A program made the translations under genes and the position numbers. A DNA stretch of 62,918 nt, filler included, from Chiloscyllium plagiosum (Eukaryota), in NCBI RefSeq assembly GCF_004010195.1. It is 4 parts of one record of this genome, joined end to end, with 100 filler letters (N's around TTAATTAATTAA, not from the genome) between each part and the next. Parts side by side here need not be neighbours in the genome. Positions count along the whole stretch, not along the records: positions 1 to 28,352 come from NC_057711.1; 3 more parts are not named here. One strand, given 5' to 3'. Positions 1-12,987 of this stretch are shown in pieces (positions within the stretch are counted from its first letter, which is position 1; every line of letters begins with the position of its first letter). Under the pieces are notes generated by a model. The model had not been told where the DNA came from, ran no database searches, and worked only from the letters and a program-made list of their open reading frames with translations.

Positions 1-128
1 GAGGAAACCCACGCAGACACGGGGAGAATGTGCAAACTCCACACAGTCAGTCGCCTGAGGCGGGAATTGAACCCGGATCTCTGGCGCTGCGAGGCAGCAG
101 TGCTAACCACTGTGCCACCGTGCCGCCC
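1..128 (-). mobile_element. HE1-type tRNA-derived SINE, 5' part (truncated by window edge)
   Basis: Reverse complement reads GGCGGCACGGTGGCACAGTGGTTAGCACTG...GGTTCAATTCCCGCC (pol III A and B boxes); same family as 16328-16635. Confidence 0.85.
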
Positions 129-132
129 ACAT

Positions 133-640
133 CTAGCTTATCTCTCCACGCTTCAGGCTCTCTGCCTTTATTCCTGATGAAGGGCTTTTGCCCGAAACGT
201 CGATTTTGCCTGTCCTCGGATGCTGCCTGAATTGCTGTGCTCTTCCAGCACCACTGATCCAGAATCTGGTTTCCAGCATCTGCAGTCATTGTTTTTACCA
301 ACTTGAAGACACCTCCTCTTACCACCCCTCGACCATGACCTCACTCCCCATCACCAAACTATCATCTCCCAGGTCATACACAATCTCATCACCTCATCTC
401 CCACCCACAGCTTCCAATCTCATAGTCCGGGAACCCCGCACCACCCGATTCTACCTCCTTCCCAAGATCCACAAGCCTGACCACCCCGGCCAACCCATTG
501 TCTCAGCATGCTCCTGCCCCACCGAACTCAACTCTACCTACCTTGATACTGTTGTATCCGCCCCGAGTCCAGGAACTCCCCACATATGTTCGAGACACCA
601 CCCATGCCCTCCACCTCCTCCAAGACTTCTGTTTCTCCGT
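133..640 (+). mobile_element. Penelope-like element fragment: pseudo-LTR with hammerhead (133-300) joined to an RT fragment
   Basis: ORF 188..667 contains FYLLPKIHKPDHPGQPIVSACSCPTE, the PLE RT N-terminal LPKIHK...PIVS motif. The 5' part matches the pLTR at 46690-46852. Confidence 0.8.
170..205 (+). ncRNA. Minimal type I hammerhead ribozyme motif (PLE pLTR)
   Basis: ATTC-CTGATGA-A-GGGC TTTT GCCC-GAAAC-GTC-GATT: CUGANGA and GAAA cores, 4-bp stem II, GUC site (cleavage after 201). Confidence 0.7.
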
Positions 641-854
641 AAGCCTGACCGTCTGGTTTTTCCATGACTGATTTGGGTTTAACAGGTTTAAGAGTTGTCA
701 CTCTTTAAAAGAAAATGTTCATAAATCACTTGGTAACATGACAAGCTGTCAGTTAACAGCTGTACAAGTTTGGCTGCTACAATCTGTCAGATGAATAACA
801 CACACATGAGTGTGCAAGCACCCATGAGTGTGTCAGGCTTTTTCATGTTCTAGT

Positions 855-1630
855 GGCAAAACCTGTGCCCACACCTCCCCCTCACTCCATCGAAGGCCCA
901 AAAGGAACCTTCCATATCCATCAAAGTTTCACCTGCACATCCACCAATGCCATTTATTGTATCCGTTGCTCCCGATGCGGTCTCCTCTACATTGGGGAGA
1001 CTGGATGCCTTCTCGCAGAGTACTTTAGGGAACATCTCCAGGACACCCGCACCAATCAACCCAACCGCCCCGTGGCCCAACAGTTCAACTCCCCCTCCCA
1101 CTCTGCCAATGACATGCAGGTCCTGGACCTCCTCCACCACCATACCCTAACAGCTTGACGCCTGGAGGAAGAATGCCTCATCTTTCGCCTCAGAACACTT
1201 CAACCCCATGGCGTCAATGTGGACTTCACCAGTTTCCTCATTTCCCCTCCCCTCACCTTACCCCAGTTCCAACCTTCCAGCTCAATACCATCCTCATGAC
1301 CTGTCCCACCTGTCAATCTTCCTTCCCACCTATCCACCCCACCCTCCTCTCTGACCTAACACCTTCATCCCCACCCTCATCTGCCCATTATACTCTTTGC
1401 TACCTTCCCCCACCCTTCTCTCTGACCTATCACCCTCATTCCAACCCCATCTATCTTTGGTACTCTTTGCTGCCTTCTCCCCACCTCCACCCTTCCTCCC
1501 TTTTTTCTCTCCACCCTGGAGGCTCCCTGCCTTCAGTCCTGATGAAGGGCTTTTGCCCGAAACGTCGGTTTTCCTGCTCCTTGGATGCTGCCTGACCTGC
1601 TGTGCTTTTGCAGCACCACTCTAATCTAGA
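855..1630 (+). mobile_element. Penelope-like (Neptune-type) 3' end: GIY-YIG endonuclease remnant plus pLTR
   Basis: ORF 853..1158 has FTCTSTNAIYCIRCSRCGLLYIGETG...REH...PVAQQFN (GIY-YIG with CxxC insert), followed by a pyrimidine-rich 3' region and pLTR. Confidence 0.85.
1535..1570 (+). ncRNA. Minimal hammerhead ribozyme motif
   Basis: AGTC-CTGATGA-A-GGGCTTTTGCCC-GAAAC-GTC-GGTT; stem I AGUC/GGUU pairs fully using G.U. Confidence 0.7.
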
Positions 1631-1940
1631 CTCTCCCTTGTCATTTTCATTGCACATCCTAACAGTGATTGTGTGATTAAGTGTTTCCAGTAGGAAAACC
1701 TTGAAAGGGCAGATGCATAATAACATTCCTATTTGTAGCTCTAATTATTTTGAGATACTTTCATTTTGGGTACTGACACAGTTTTAACCTCTGCCACAGA
1801 GATTATCTCTGTGGCAATCATCAGAGAAAAAAGATTCTACAATCAATGACTTTGGTAAATATGTATAAATACAATAATCTTACTGTAACTATTCTACGAA
1901 TCAAGCCCAACTAGAGGTCTATGGTTAAAGGTGAAAATGA

Positions 1941-2181
1941 ACTTTCCCGGTGGGCCCCTGGTCCAAGTTCCCGATCTTCCTGCTGCTGAAAACAGAAATG
2001 GAGGGCTCTGATGCTTGAGGTAAGGTTTTAAAGATTTAAATTAGTGACTCACCTTTCCTGGCAGGCCCTGGTCCAAGCTCCCGATCTTCCTGCTGCTGAA
2101 AACAGAAATGGAGGGCCCTGATGCTCGAGGTAAGTTTTGAAAGATTTAAATTATTGCACCATTTCTGTTTTCAGCAGCAGG
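1941..2181. repeat. 110-bp tandem repeat (2 copies) followed by a short inverted partial copy
   Basis: ccctggtccaag.tcccgatcttcctgctgctgaaaacagaaatggaggg occurs at 1956 and 2066; 2159-2181 is the reverse complement of cctgctgctgaaaacagaaatgg. Confidence 0.85.
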
Positions 2182-2667
2182 CACAAAAGCAGAAAAAAGT
2201 GTGGTGAAAAAGTGTGGTATGTCTTAGGTCCCAGCCAAGGACATAACATAAACTGTCAATATATTGATGTTTCAAATTGACTGGGCTAGTTGATCTCTGA
2301 TACATGTTTGTATTAACTCTGCATGAAGGCCATGTGTCACTCTGCATATGTCCTCTGCACTGTAAGCCATCTTCTGTGCAACCCACATGGCCTCTCCATG
2401 GTGTTCCAGAGAATGTGATATTATACACACGAGCCAGATTCTGTGATCCTGCAGTCGTAAGCTGGATGATGAACATTTGCCCCCACATTATTTACTGATG
2501 ATTCGTTGGTGCAGGGTCACTGGATCTGCAGCACAATGAGGAGATGGAATAGACACTGTAGTGAAGGAAAGCTTTGCATGATGCTGTCTGGAATGTTGAT
2601 GTTAGATCCTTCCATGCTACTAACAATCACAGGCTGTCTGTCTTGCCAGTGAGTACACAAGTATCTG

Positions 2668-3008
2668 GTGTGGCACAGTGACTCAGTGGTTAGCAATACT
2701 ACCTCATAGCACCAGGGAATCGGGTTTGATTCCAGCCTTGGGTGACTGTGTTGAGTTTCCATCTTCTCTGTGTGGGTTTCCTCTGGGTGATCTGGTTTGC
2801 TCCCCCTGTCCAAAGATGTGCAGATTAGGTGGAATGACCATGCTAAATTGTCCATAGTGTTCAGGAATAAGCAGTCTAAGTGGATAAGCCATGGGAAATG
2901 CAGATTATAGGGATAAGGTGAGGTGGGTTTGGGTGGGATGCTCTTCAGAGGGATAGTGTGAACATGATGGGCTGAATGGCCTATTTCCGCACTGCAGTGA
3001 TTCTATGA
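2668..3008 (+). mobile_element. HE1-related SINE, diverged
   Basis: gtggcacagtgactcagtggttagc head, ctaaattgtccatagtg core, CR1-like ttctatga tail. Confidence 0.75.
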
Positions 3009-3216
3009 TGTACATGTCCATCATTGTTTCTCCATCAAGTTCCTCATTTGAGTTCTCTGTAGCAGCACTCATCTACCACCTTGAAATCCAGTGAGTTACA
3101 AAAGAGCTTAACCTCATTTACTCAGATGACTCACCTGGTGCTGTCCAAATGTTACACTCATCTCTTGAGGCACATGCATTGTCAGCATGTAAGAAAGGTG
3201 CTGTAAGTGTTAGACA

Positions 3217-3545
3217 GGGGAGGCAGTGACATATGAAAATGTCACTGGACTATCAATCCAGAAATCAGGCTAATGCTCTAGAACATGAGTTCAAATCCCA
3301 CAATGGTGAATGATGAAATTTGAGTTCAATAAAAAGCTGGAATAAAAAGTTAGCCCAATACTGACTCTTGTAGCCAATGTCAATAGTCATAAAAAAACTA
3401 ATATCGTTTAGGGAAGGAATCTGCCATCCTTACCTAGTCTGGCCAGATGTGAGACCCGACCTACAGCAATATGGTTGACTATTAATGGCCCAATAAACCA
3501 ATTGGGATGGATAATAAATTGCCAGTGATACCCTCATTCCATGAA
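3217..3545 (+). mobile_element. Older tRNA-derived SINE (second family)
   Basis: Head gggaggcagtgacat...gagttcaaatccca (B box) and tttagggaaggaatctgcc core; related copies near 35110-35420(-) and 46855-47010(+). Confidence 0.6.
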
Positions 3546-4199
3546 CAGAAACAATTGATGTGGGCCGTTAATGTACTGACTTTACTCTCTTTCCTCCTCT
3601 CAGGTTTTAGAGATTAGACAGGGGTGAGTTTTCAGTTTCTGAAAGTAAAAACTCAGAAGAGGAGGTTTGTATGAGGAAAATGGTGTTGGGATTGGAAGAG
3701 ATTTACACTCAGCCTATCTGTGTTTTGTTCTTGACAGAAAACATTACAGGCTATTCTGGATATTGTGAAAGGGGATAAGGAAGGAAAATTTTGTTATTCT
3801 CATTTTTTTCAGCAAAGCTGGTGCCATGGATCCCATTGCAGCCAGCTCATGATGCAGAGAACCATCACCTTTAGACTCAGAGCTAATAGACATTCAGTTT
3901 ACCCTAGTAGTTCTGCTTTTTGCCCATCTGTTGTGTGCTATTGCATTTCGCTGTGATTGTATTTGGATGATGCACCTGTTTCATGAAAAGCTGTAGATAT
4001 CTGGAACCAGTGAGAAGAAGTGTGAATCAGCAGTACATGGGTGAGAATGAGGGTGAAGGGGAATATTTGGATGTTAGGTGTGAGTCCTGCGTAGAGGAAG
4101 TACTACTGCGTAAGTGATCAGGGTATAGTGCAGTGAATAGCATGAACGGTTGGTGTTATAGCAAATAGAAGCTGTCAAGTCAGGATTAACTCACTGCCA

Positions 4200-4910
4200 T
4201 AGAGTCATAGTGTCATAGAGCGTGGAAACAGACTCTTCAATCCATGCCAACCAGATTTCCCAAACTGAACTAGTCCCATTTGCCTGCATTTGACCCATAT
4301 CCCTCTAAATCTCTCTTATCCATGTACTTGTCCAAATGTCTTCTAAGTTTTGTAATTATACTTGCTTCAATCACTTCCTCTAATAGTTTGTTTCATATAT
4401 GCACCACCCTCAATGTGACAAAGATGCCTCTCAGGTCCATTTTAATTCTCACCATCTCGTCTTTAACCTTTGCTTTCTAGTTTTTGACTCCTTTACCCTG
4501 GGGAAAAGACCTTGGCCAGTCACCTTAGCTATGCTCCTCATGATTTTGTGAACATCTATAAGGTCATCCCTCAGCCTCAGACACTCCAGAGAAAAAAACC
4601 CAGTCTATTCAGTGTCTCTCTATAACTCAAACCCTCCAGTACCAGCAACATCCTTGTAAGTTTCTTCTGTGCCTACTCCAGTTTAATAATATCCTTCTGA
4701 CAAGAATTGTATGTAGTACACCAAATATGGCCTCACCAATGTCTTGTACAGCTGAAATGTGACATTCCAATTCCTATAATCAATACTCAGACCTATGAAA
4801 GCAAGTGTATTAAATACCTTCTAAACCCTCTTATCTATCGGTGACTCCACTTTCAAGGAACTTTGTATCTGCATCCTTCTGCCTCTCTGTTCGATTACAC
4901 TCCCCATGGC
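4200..4910 (-). mobile_element. CR1/HER1 LINE 3' fragment, degenerate
   Basis: Aligns by eye to 5167-5900 (C-terminal ORF2 and 3' UTR) with a gactctatg-type tail. Confidence 0.75.
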
Positions 4911-5165
4911 AGTTGATTATGTGTGAGCTAATTCAATTTTTTTTTTGGTGCTGTTTCAATCCACTTTGATTCAGACTCCATGTCTAGATATTCCCAACCA
5001 TCTGTTCCACTCATTCCAAAGGCGGTCACTAAGGGTGTCCTGGAACTTGGAGCCATGGTATCTCCCACCAATCTGCAACACTAATGCCTCCAACACTTCA
5101 TCCATCATTACAGAATCCTATTGCTGCCCTTGTCTTTGCACTAACTTACTGTGCAGTAATAGTCT

Positions 5166-6150
5166 TAGAACATAGAACATAGAACAATACAGCACAGAAC
5201 AGGCCCTTCGGCCCACGATGTTGTGCCGAACTTCTAACCTAGATTAAGTACCCATCCAAGTACCTGTCCAAATGCCGCTTAAAGGTCGCCAATGATTCCG
5301 ACTCCACCACTCCCACGGGCAGCGCATTCCATGCCCCCACCACTCTCTGGGTAAAGAACCCACCCCTGACATCTCCCCTATACCTTCCACCCTTCACCTT
5401 AAATTTATGTCCCCTTGTAACACTCTGTTGTACCTGGGGAAAAAGTTTCTGACTGTCTACTCTATCTATTCCTCTGATCATCTTATAAACCTCTATCAAG
5501 TCACCCCTCATCCTTCGCCGTTCCAACGAGAAAAGGCCGAGAACTCTCAACCTATCCTCGTACGACTTCCTCTCCATTCCAGGCAACATCCTGGTAAATC
5601 TTCTCTGCACCCTCTCCAAAGCTTCCACATCTTTCCGAAAGTGAGGCGACCAGAACTGCACACAGTACTCCAACTGTGGCCTAACCAAAGTCCTGTACAG
5701 CTGCAACATCACTTCACGACTCTTGAACTCAATCCCTCTGCTAATGAACGATAATACTCCATAGACCTTCTTACAAACTCTATCCACCTGAGTGGCAACC
5801 TTCAAAGATCTATGTACATAGACCCCAAGATCCCTCTGTTCCTCCACCTGACTAAGAACCCTACCATTAACCCTGTATTCCGCATTCTTATTTGTTCTTC
5901 CAAAATGGACAACCTCACACTTGGCAGGGTTGACGGTTAGCCAGTTTTCTATCCAATTGGCCAAATTTCCCTCTATCCCATGCCTCCTGACTTTCCGCAT
6001 AAGCCTACCATGGGGAACCTTATCAAATGCCTTACTAAAATCCATGTACACTACATCCACTGCTCTTCCCTCATCCACATGCTTGGTCACCTCCTCGAAG
6101 AATTCAATAAGACTTGTAAGGCAAGACCTACCCTTCACAAATCCGTGCTG
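5166..6150 (-). mobile_element. Young CR1/HER1 LINE 3' portion, ORF2 with an internal in-frame deletion
   Basis: ORF 5239..6138: KGRSCLTSLIEFFE...VDVVYMDFSKAFDKVPH...LVRPQLEYCVQFWSP...ERRRMRGDLIEVYK; (TTCTATG)n tail at 5166-5185. Confidence 0.92.
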
Positions 6151-9100
6151 GAATCTTGTGCAGTTCCACTTGAAGATACTGCCTGCTTTAAGAAAAGCAT
6201 GCTGGCTAGACCACAGAGCCTACAAAGAATGTTGCCTGGGTTTTTTACTTTCTGCTGAAACATAGGCTGCATTCAGGAACAGAACATCAACACAGCAGGC
6301 AATCAGGTCATTACCACAAACCCACAGATGAGGTGGGTACCTGAGGTTTACATGTTGTCCACCTCAACCTGAATGGGTGTAGAGAGGTATTGATTGTAAC
6401 TTGCACACCCAAAAATCAGGGTTAACCAAACTCTAACCCACTGTACATAATATATAAGGACTGATTTCCTAATTATCGCTATCAATTGAGACTTCCTGTC
6501 AGTCATGCACATTTGAAATATTGACTCCAATAAATACGTTCAAATTTAAAAGGATCCATCTGTCAGCATTTTCTGGTGCTCTGGTATTTTGAATGTCCTT
6601 TAATTGATCCTGCTTAAAAAGCACAATCTGATTGAAGTAAATTTGCCGAATTTTCAAATTGATGTCAATGTAATAATTGAAATTTACAATTGCCTTGTCC
6701 TTGTGCCTATGGTTTAAAAATTGTGCTTATAAGATGCTTATATATTCAACCATGTTAGTGGCTCTGGCTTCCAACATACAGATTGCACATGGCTAGCTGC
6801 AACTTGAAAGTAAACAGTCAGAAGGAGGGTAATACCTCCTGAGCATCACAAATGGGAGGCAAGTGTTTTTTAGACTGTAGCCTGCTGCATAACTCCAAAT
6901 GTCTGAACAGGACATAATTCACAGGACTCTCACACTATATTGCCAAATGTAGCCAGGGAAATTTATGTGGAGACATTCTTCCATGACAGTGTGGAATTTC
7001 ACTGCTGAGCCCATGATGTAACTAGACAATTCCTGGCATGACTTCAAGAAATTCTATACAAAGTTCCACCTGTAATGACAAGATATTAATTTGGGGTACA
7101 ATTAAAAACAAAATCCTGTGGATGCAGAAAATCTGAAAACAAAAAGAGTGCAAGTTGGAAACACGTAATAGTCATAACAGTTTCTATAGAGAAACTGGAG
7201 TCAGTCCAACTTTCAGGAATAATAAATAAGGAAATGGAAATGGTTGTACCTCATATACTGAAGTGATAGTTGATCTTGTATAAAAATCTACTCTGTCTTC
7301 TGGTCAAAGAAATCATTCATTTTCCATATATCTCATGTATAGTGATGTTGGAAGGTATAGTCTTTGATGTGGCTGTTGCAAGAGCAAACAGATGGGAGAG
7401 AGTGGAGAAACATTACTTTGACAGGAGTATATAGGGCACTTTATTTCTTGATTCCAATTCAGCAGTACCAGGTTCCCATCGAAGGAAATAAATTCTCTGT
7501 ACATGCCCTCTCGAAACTTTTTGACATTTTAAAAAAATCTTGGTTAGATCAATCCAAAATCTTCTCATCATAGGACAGTATTTCCTTTTTGCAGTCATTC
7601 CTCACAATTTAATCTTTTAATTCCTGGTATTGTTCCGCTGATTCCGTGCTGTTCCGCCTGCAAGACCAAAGGCACAGTGCCCATAACTGAACCAAAAATT
7701 CCTGTCTCTGTATGACTGAAGCCTCACTTCCAACCAAGATTACATTCTTTTAGCTTTTTTTTTGACATACTATTCCTTTAACTGAGATGATGGGATCTTG
7801 CCGTCTGGGAGCTTACGGTTAAGTTCATGCTGCTAAGTTTCTTTTCCTTAAACAGTCATAGAATCATCAAACCATGGAAAACATCCAATAAGTTCTGGAA
7901 AACAGGTGTAACAACACAAATACTTTGAGCATGCTTATATTTACAGGATAATTAAGTAGAAGTTAAAAGAACAATATAAATGCAGATATTAACATTAATA
8001 ACCTTCGATTTTGTTTAAGAAAAGCAGAATTTTTTAAAAAAAATTCTATTTCAAGTTGTTATATTGGTGAATTGTCCACATGTTTGAAACATTAAAATGC
8101 AACACTTGAAAACCAGACCATTCAATTGAAGCCAAACGGTTGGCAGACCTAAACCCCTCCTCACACTACCCTAAAAGGTGCCACAGTAGAATTGCCAGTA
8201 AATCAGTTTAAAGTTGCAGTATCTTTTTAATGATTTTCATATAGCCTTAGATTACAAAACCAGAATATTCTTTAAACTTGTATGACGTTAAAAACATTTA
8301 TTTGTCATCATCATTTATTTATGGTTTAATCTTATATTATGTTTCTGTCTGAAAAGGAATTGAAAGGCCTCTCCTGATGACTCATCTGGTTAAGCCAGTG
8401 AATAGCTGAACCGGGTTGATTCCTGGTCACTGCTGTGTTAGCTGATTCCAGCAGGATTGGCAGCAGATGGATTACAATTCAACCATTGTTTCCTGGGCTG
8501 GGAGGAGGAAAATCAGGATTCCTACTCTGAACTAATATCCAGTGACCCCTGCTGGAATTATCATGTTTGATTACTGGATCCAGCCAAGTTTAAGCTTCAC
8601 TGTGATGATCCCAAAGTTAGAATAGGCTGCTGACATTCAGGGGGACATGTACATTCATGGTTGGAGCAGAAGGATAGTCAATAAAAATAGGCTAGTTCCT
8701 ATAACAGGGTCCTTTCATAAAGCAGTTTTTACATTTTGAGATTATTCACTGTCAAAGCCCACACAGGAAGCATCACTTATTAAACAAGGATTTGAGCAAC
8801 CTATTTGTGAAACTGCATAGGCAAGGAATTAGGGTGAAAGTAACTGGTACTTTCCATGTCACAGAATTGGACAATTGAAAGCCACAATTTCCTAGATTTT
8901 GTTTTGCATATCATTTGTGCTGACGACAAACACTTCTGCCATGTACTGGAACAGCCACACTGGCTGCAAAGCTCTACGGAGATGGCATTTCCACTTTGGG
9001 TGTGATATGGAAGTTGCTTCAAATTTATGGTAAGTTCATGGACCAATGAATGAAGGCCATGTAATAGCATGCTTTTTTTTTGCTTTCCAACTCAAAGTAT

Positions 9101-9284
9101 TTTTTGAATTGTGTAAGAGTGGTGTCCTGGTGCAGTTCTCATGAACCAGTTGAAAATGGTTTATCATAAAAAGTAAGCAATTTCAATGAGGGCACCCAGA
9201 CATCTACCTGTGACCAGCCTGATTTAAAATCACTGAAAATGGTTTCAAAAAGCTATGCTCAACCAATTAGTAATTACATAAGAT

Positions 9285-10030
9285 CATAAGATATAGGATC
9301 TGAATTAGGTCATTTGGCCCATCAAGTCTACTTTGGCATTCGATTATGGCTGAAATGTTTCTCAACCCCATTCTCCTGTCTTCTCTGTAACCATCAATTC
9401 CCTTACTAATGAATAATATGTCTTAAATCCACTTGGTCTCCACAGTCTTCTGCAATAATTAATTCCAACTATTCACAACCCTCCAGCTGAAGGAATTTCT
9501 CCTCATCTCAGTTCTAAAGTTTCATTGTGATTCCTCCTCATCCTTATAAATTCCATCGAGTACAGACCTAGAGTCCTCAATTGCTCCCCATTGGACGTCC
9601 TTCATTGCTGATCATTCTTGTAAACGTCCTCTGGACCCCCTCTGGACCGTCTCCAGGACCTGCATATCCTTCCTTAGATATAGGGCCCAAAACTGCTCAC
9701 AATATTCCAAATAAAGTCTGATCATAGCCTCATAGAGACTGAGCAGTACATCTCTGCTCTTGTATTTTAACTGTTTTCAAATTAATGCTAACACTGCATT
9801 TGTCTTCTGATTTGCCAACTGAAGCTGTATGTAACCTTCAGAGAATCCTGAACTAGGCCTTTCAAGTCCCTTTATGCTTCAGATTTCTGAAGCCATTCCC
9901 CATTTAGATACCTCTATCCTTCCCACTGAAGTGCACAACCTCACACTTTCACACATCGCATACCTTGTGCCACCTCTTTGCCCACTCTCCAAATCTGTCC
10001 AAGTCCTCCTGCAGCCTTGCTACTTGTTCA
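9285..10030 (-). mobile_element. CR1 LINE 3' fragment, old
   Basis: Reverse-complement similarity to 12100-12680 (gggcccaaaactgctcacaatattcc block; atcttatg tail). Confidence 0.7.
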
Positions 10031-10624
10031 ATATTACCTGCCCCTCCACCTATCATTGTGCCTTACATTACTATCCACTAGTTAGTCTTTTCCTAAATTA
10101 CATAATTTTTAATTTAAAAAATCATTTAAAATGTACTAACTCCTGCCTGCTGTGCACAAAGAAAATGGTAATAATTTGAAATGTCTTTTCAGCGGGCAAC
10201 CCCTGTATCTTTAGTAGCGTGCAGGGTGGGTGGGTGGTAGAAGGGTGGTATCAGGGAAGGGTGTGGGGGTGGTAGAAGGGTATTGCTGGCATTGCCAGAT
10301 CTTGTGGGTGGGATTTGATTCAACAGATTTGAGGAAATTAAACTTGAGCTGAAAAGACTGTGGAATGTACACAATAAGTGGCTTTGAACATTCATCACCT
10401 TTGTTTTAAATTGCTGTTCATGCTAGTTCTGCCAAATTTACACAAATTACACAAGGCACTTGGTGCAAAACTCACAGAAATGTGCCCCAACATTACAAAT
10501 TAAATGGTCAGAGTAGAGGGTTTTAATTTGGTTGCCTGTGCTCATATTCCAAATAAATACTTTTAAAAGCATAAGGATTGACACAACATCAGTATCATGT
10601 TTATTAGATAAAATGTGATTTGTA

Positions 10625-10940
10625 ACATAGAATGTTACAGTGCAGTACAGGCCCTTCAGCCCTCGATGTTGCACCGACCTGTGAAAATAATCTGATGCCC
10701 ATCTAACAACACCATTTCATAATTATCCATATGTACATCCAATGCCCATTTAAATGCCCTTAACGTCAGTGAGTCTACTACTGTTGCAGTCAGGCTGTTC
10801 CATGTCCCTACTCCTCTCTGAGTAAAGAAACTACCCTTAATATCTGTCCTAAATCTATCACCCCTCAATTTAAAGCTATATCCCCTTGTGTTAGCCTTCA
10901 CCATCCAAGGAGAAAGGCTCTCACTGTCCATCCTATCTAA
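10625..10940 (-). mobile_element. CR1 LINE 3' end
   Basis: ORF 10656..10931 TRGYSFKLRGDRFRTDIKGSFFTQRGVGTWNSL is the CR1 ORF2 C-terminus. Confidence 0.8.
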
Positions 10941-11429
10941 TCCACCATACTGCTAGTGTTCTTGTTGTTACCTGCCAATGGTTTAGATCAATCTGCTGTC
11001 ACCTGTTCTGATCTTTTCTAGTCTTCAGCTGCACCTTCTAGCTTCAGAGCTATTCAACCTTGTCATTTAAGAGCTTGGACTTCCTCAGCTTTGAATAACC
11101 AAGGCAAGTTTCTAACTATGGACTGAGATTTCCACAAATAAACTCTCTCACTGAGGTAATCTATTTCCTTAAACAAAAGTAAAATACTGTGGATGCTTGG
11201 AATCTGTAATGAAAACAAGAAATGCTAGAGAAACGCAGCTGGTCTGGCAGCAAAGATTTTGCTTCAGAACATAGTCCTTGGACTCAGCGTTAACTCTTTT
11301 TCTCTCTTCTGAGTTTTACCAATATTTACTGTTTATATAACTGAGTTTCTCAACTGCTCTGAACAATCTTTTCTTTTGCCCCGGGAGAAACTATTCTTAC
11401 ATTTAACTTGTGTCAGGTTTCCTTTGAAC

Positions 11430-11620
11430 AAATTTCCTCCATCTAGCACCAGGTGTACATCATCAATCTGGCCCAGGAGGAGGTTGTCAAGGAGTGATTT
11501 ACCATTCCATTTGATGGGACCACCTACTGCATCTGTCAGAACGCATGCAGTGCCACACTTGCAAGGAGGTGGTGCATGTAACGAGGAATTGCTTTTGCTA
11601 CAAGGCCGCCAAGTCCACCC
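11430..11620 (+). mobile_element. Tx1/L1-type ORF1 relic with CCHC zinc knuckle
   Basis: CHTCKEVVHVTRNC (C-x2-C-x4-H-x4-C) in ORF 11545..11763, preceded out of frame by PFDGTTYCI. Confidence 0.5.
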
Positions 11621-11864
11621 AGATGACTTCCTATCCCTCACCAATCTGCCTTATATCCTTCAAAGGGAGTCTCCACCAGCAGTCAATGGCATCAGAGCTG
11701 ACAATGAGATCGGATGGGGAGAGCATCTGGTGGATGAAAAGTGCAAAGGAAGATGGGACGTAAAAACATCTGCCTCAACAGTTATCCTCATACAGCTTCC
11801 CTGAGTCTGTCATGCCCCAATGTAGCCCCAAACCCATCATGCTACCCCATTTCCTTATTTGGAT

Positions 11865-12680
11865 TTCCATAACACCTTTGATAGGGTGTTGCATGGTGTG
11901 AGGGGCAAGGTAGTAGCATGGATAGAGGACTTTCTGACTGGTAGAAGGCAGAGAGGAGGGAAAAAGAGGGTTTTTTTCAGGATGGCAGCTGTCAACTAGA
12001 AGTCCATGTTGGGATTACAACTATTCACATTACACATTAATGAACTGAATGAAAGAACTGGGGCATTATTACTAAGTTTGTAAATGACACAAAGATAGGT
12101 GGAGGAACAGGTGGGGGTTGAGGAAGTGGGAGGCTGCAGAAGGACTTGAACAGGCTAGAAGAGTGGGTAAAGAAGTGGCAGATGGAATAGAATGTGCACT
12201 TTGATGGGAAGAATAGAGGCGTAGATTATTTTCTAAATGGGAAAGGCTTCAGAAATCTCAAGCATAAAGGGACTTGAGTGCCCCATTTCATGATTCTCTT
12301 AGGTTACATAAAGATTCAGTTGGCAGATAGGAAAGCAAATGCAATGTTGGCATTCATTTCAAAAGGGCTAGAATACAACAGCAGAGATGTACTACTGAGG
12401 CTGTGTAAGACCATGGTCAGACTCCATTTACAATATTATGAGTAGTTTTTGGCCCCGTATCTAAGGATGGATATACTGGCGCTGGAAGTGGTCCAGAGGA
12501 AGTTTACAAGAATGATCTCAGAAAGGAAGGGCTTACTGTAAGATTAGCAATTAAAGATGCTGGGTCTGTACTTGATGGAGTTCAGAAGGATGATAGGAGA
12601 TCTCATTGAAACTTACAGAATCCTGAGAGACCTGGGGAGAGTGCATGTGAAAAAGATATTTCCACTAATGAGAGAGACAA
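11865..12680 (+). mobile_element. CR1 LINE ORF2 (RT to C-terminus) fragment, degenerate
   Basis: actaagtttgtaaatgacacaaag (decayed KFADDTK), agagtgggtaaagaagtggcagatggaat, ggagatctcattgaaacttacag. Confidence 0.75.
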
Positions 12681-12987
12681 GGACAGGTGGCCCTGGTGGC
12701 ACCAGGTTTCTAAGTGCTTCATGAAGTCTAGAGGAGCTGGCTGATCCTCTCAGACAGTCCTCTAGAGACAAATCTCTGTGGCTGGACCAGCTGACCATGG
12801 AGATGCACAGGGTGTTCTACAATATTTGAGGGAACAAATGCACACGGGTCCTGGAGGAATGTTAAACAATCGGAGAGATGTTCCTCTCGTGGCTGAGAAC
12901 TGTCACAGCTCTCCTACCAAAGAGAGGTCTTAAAATCTGGAACCTGGTCTTCCTCTTCAGCATGGATTACAGAATCTTTGCCAGTGT

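Noticed and set aside
1941..2160. CRISPR-like repeat-spacer array
   Set aside because: Only two contiguous 110-bp units, no unique spacers, and a vertebrate context.
3765..3956. Faint resemblance to a Harbinger transposase C-terminus
   Set aside because: Too degenerate; no diagnostic motif intact.
7560..7900. Exon-like minus-strand segments with acceptors near 7657 and 7894
   Set aside because: No frame stays open between consistent splice sites and no homology recognised.
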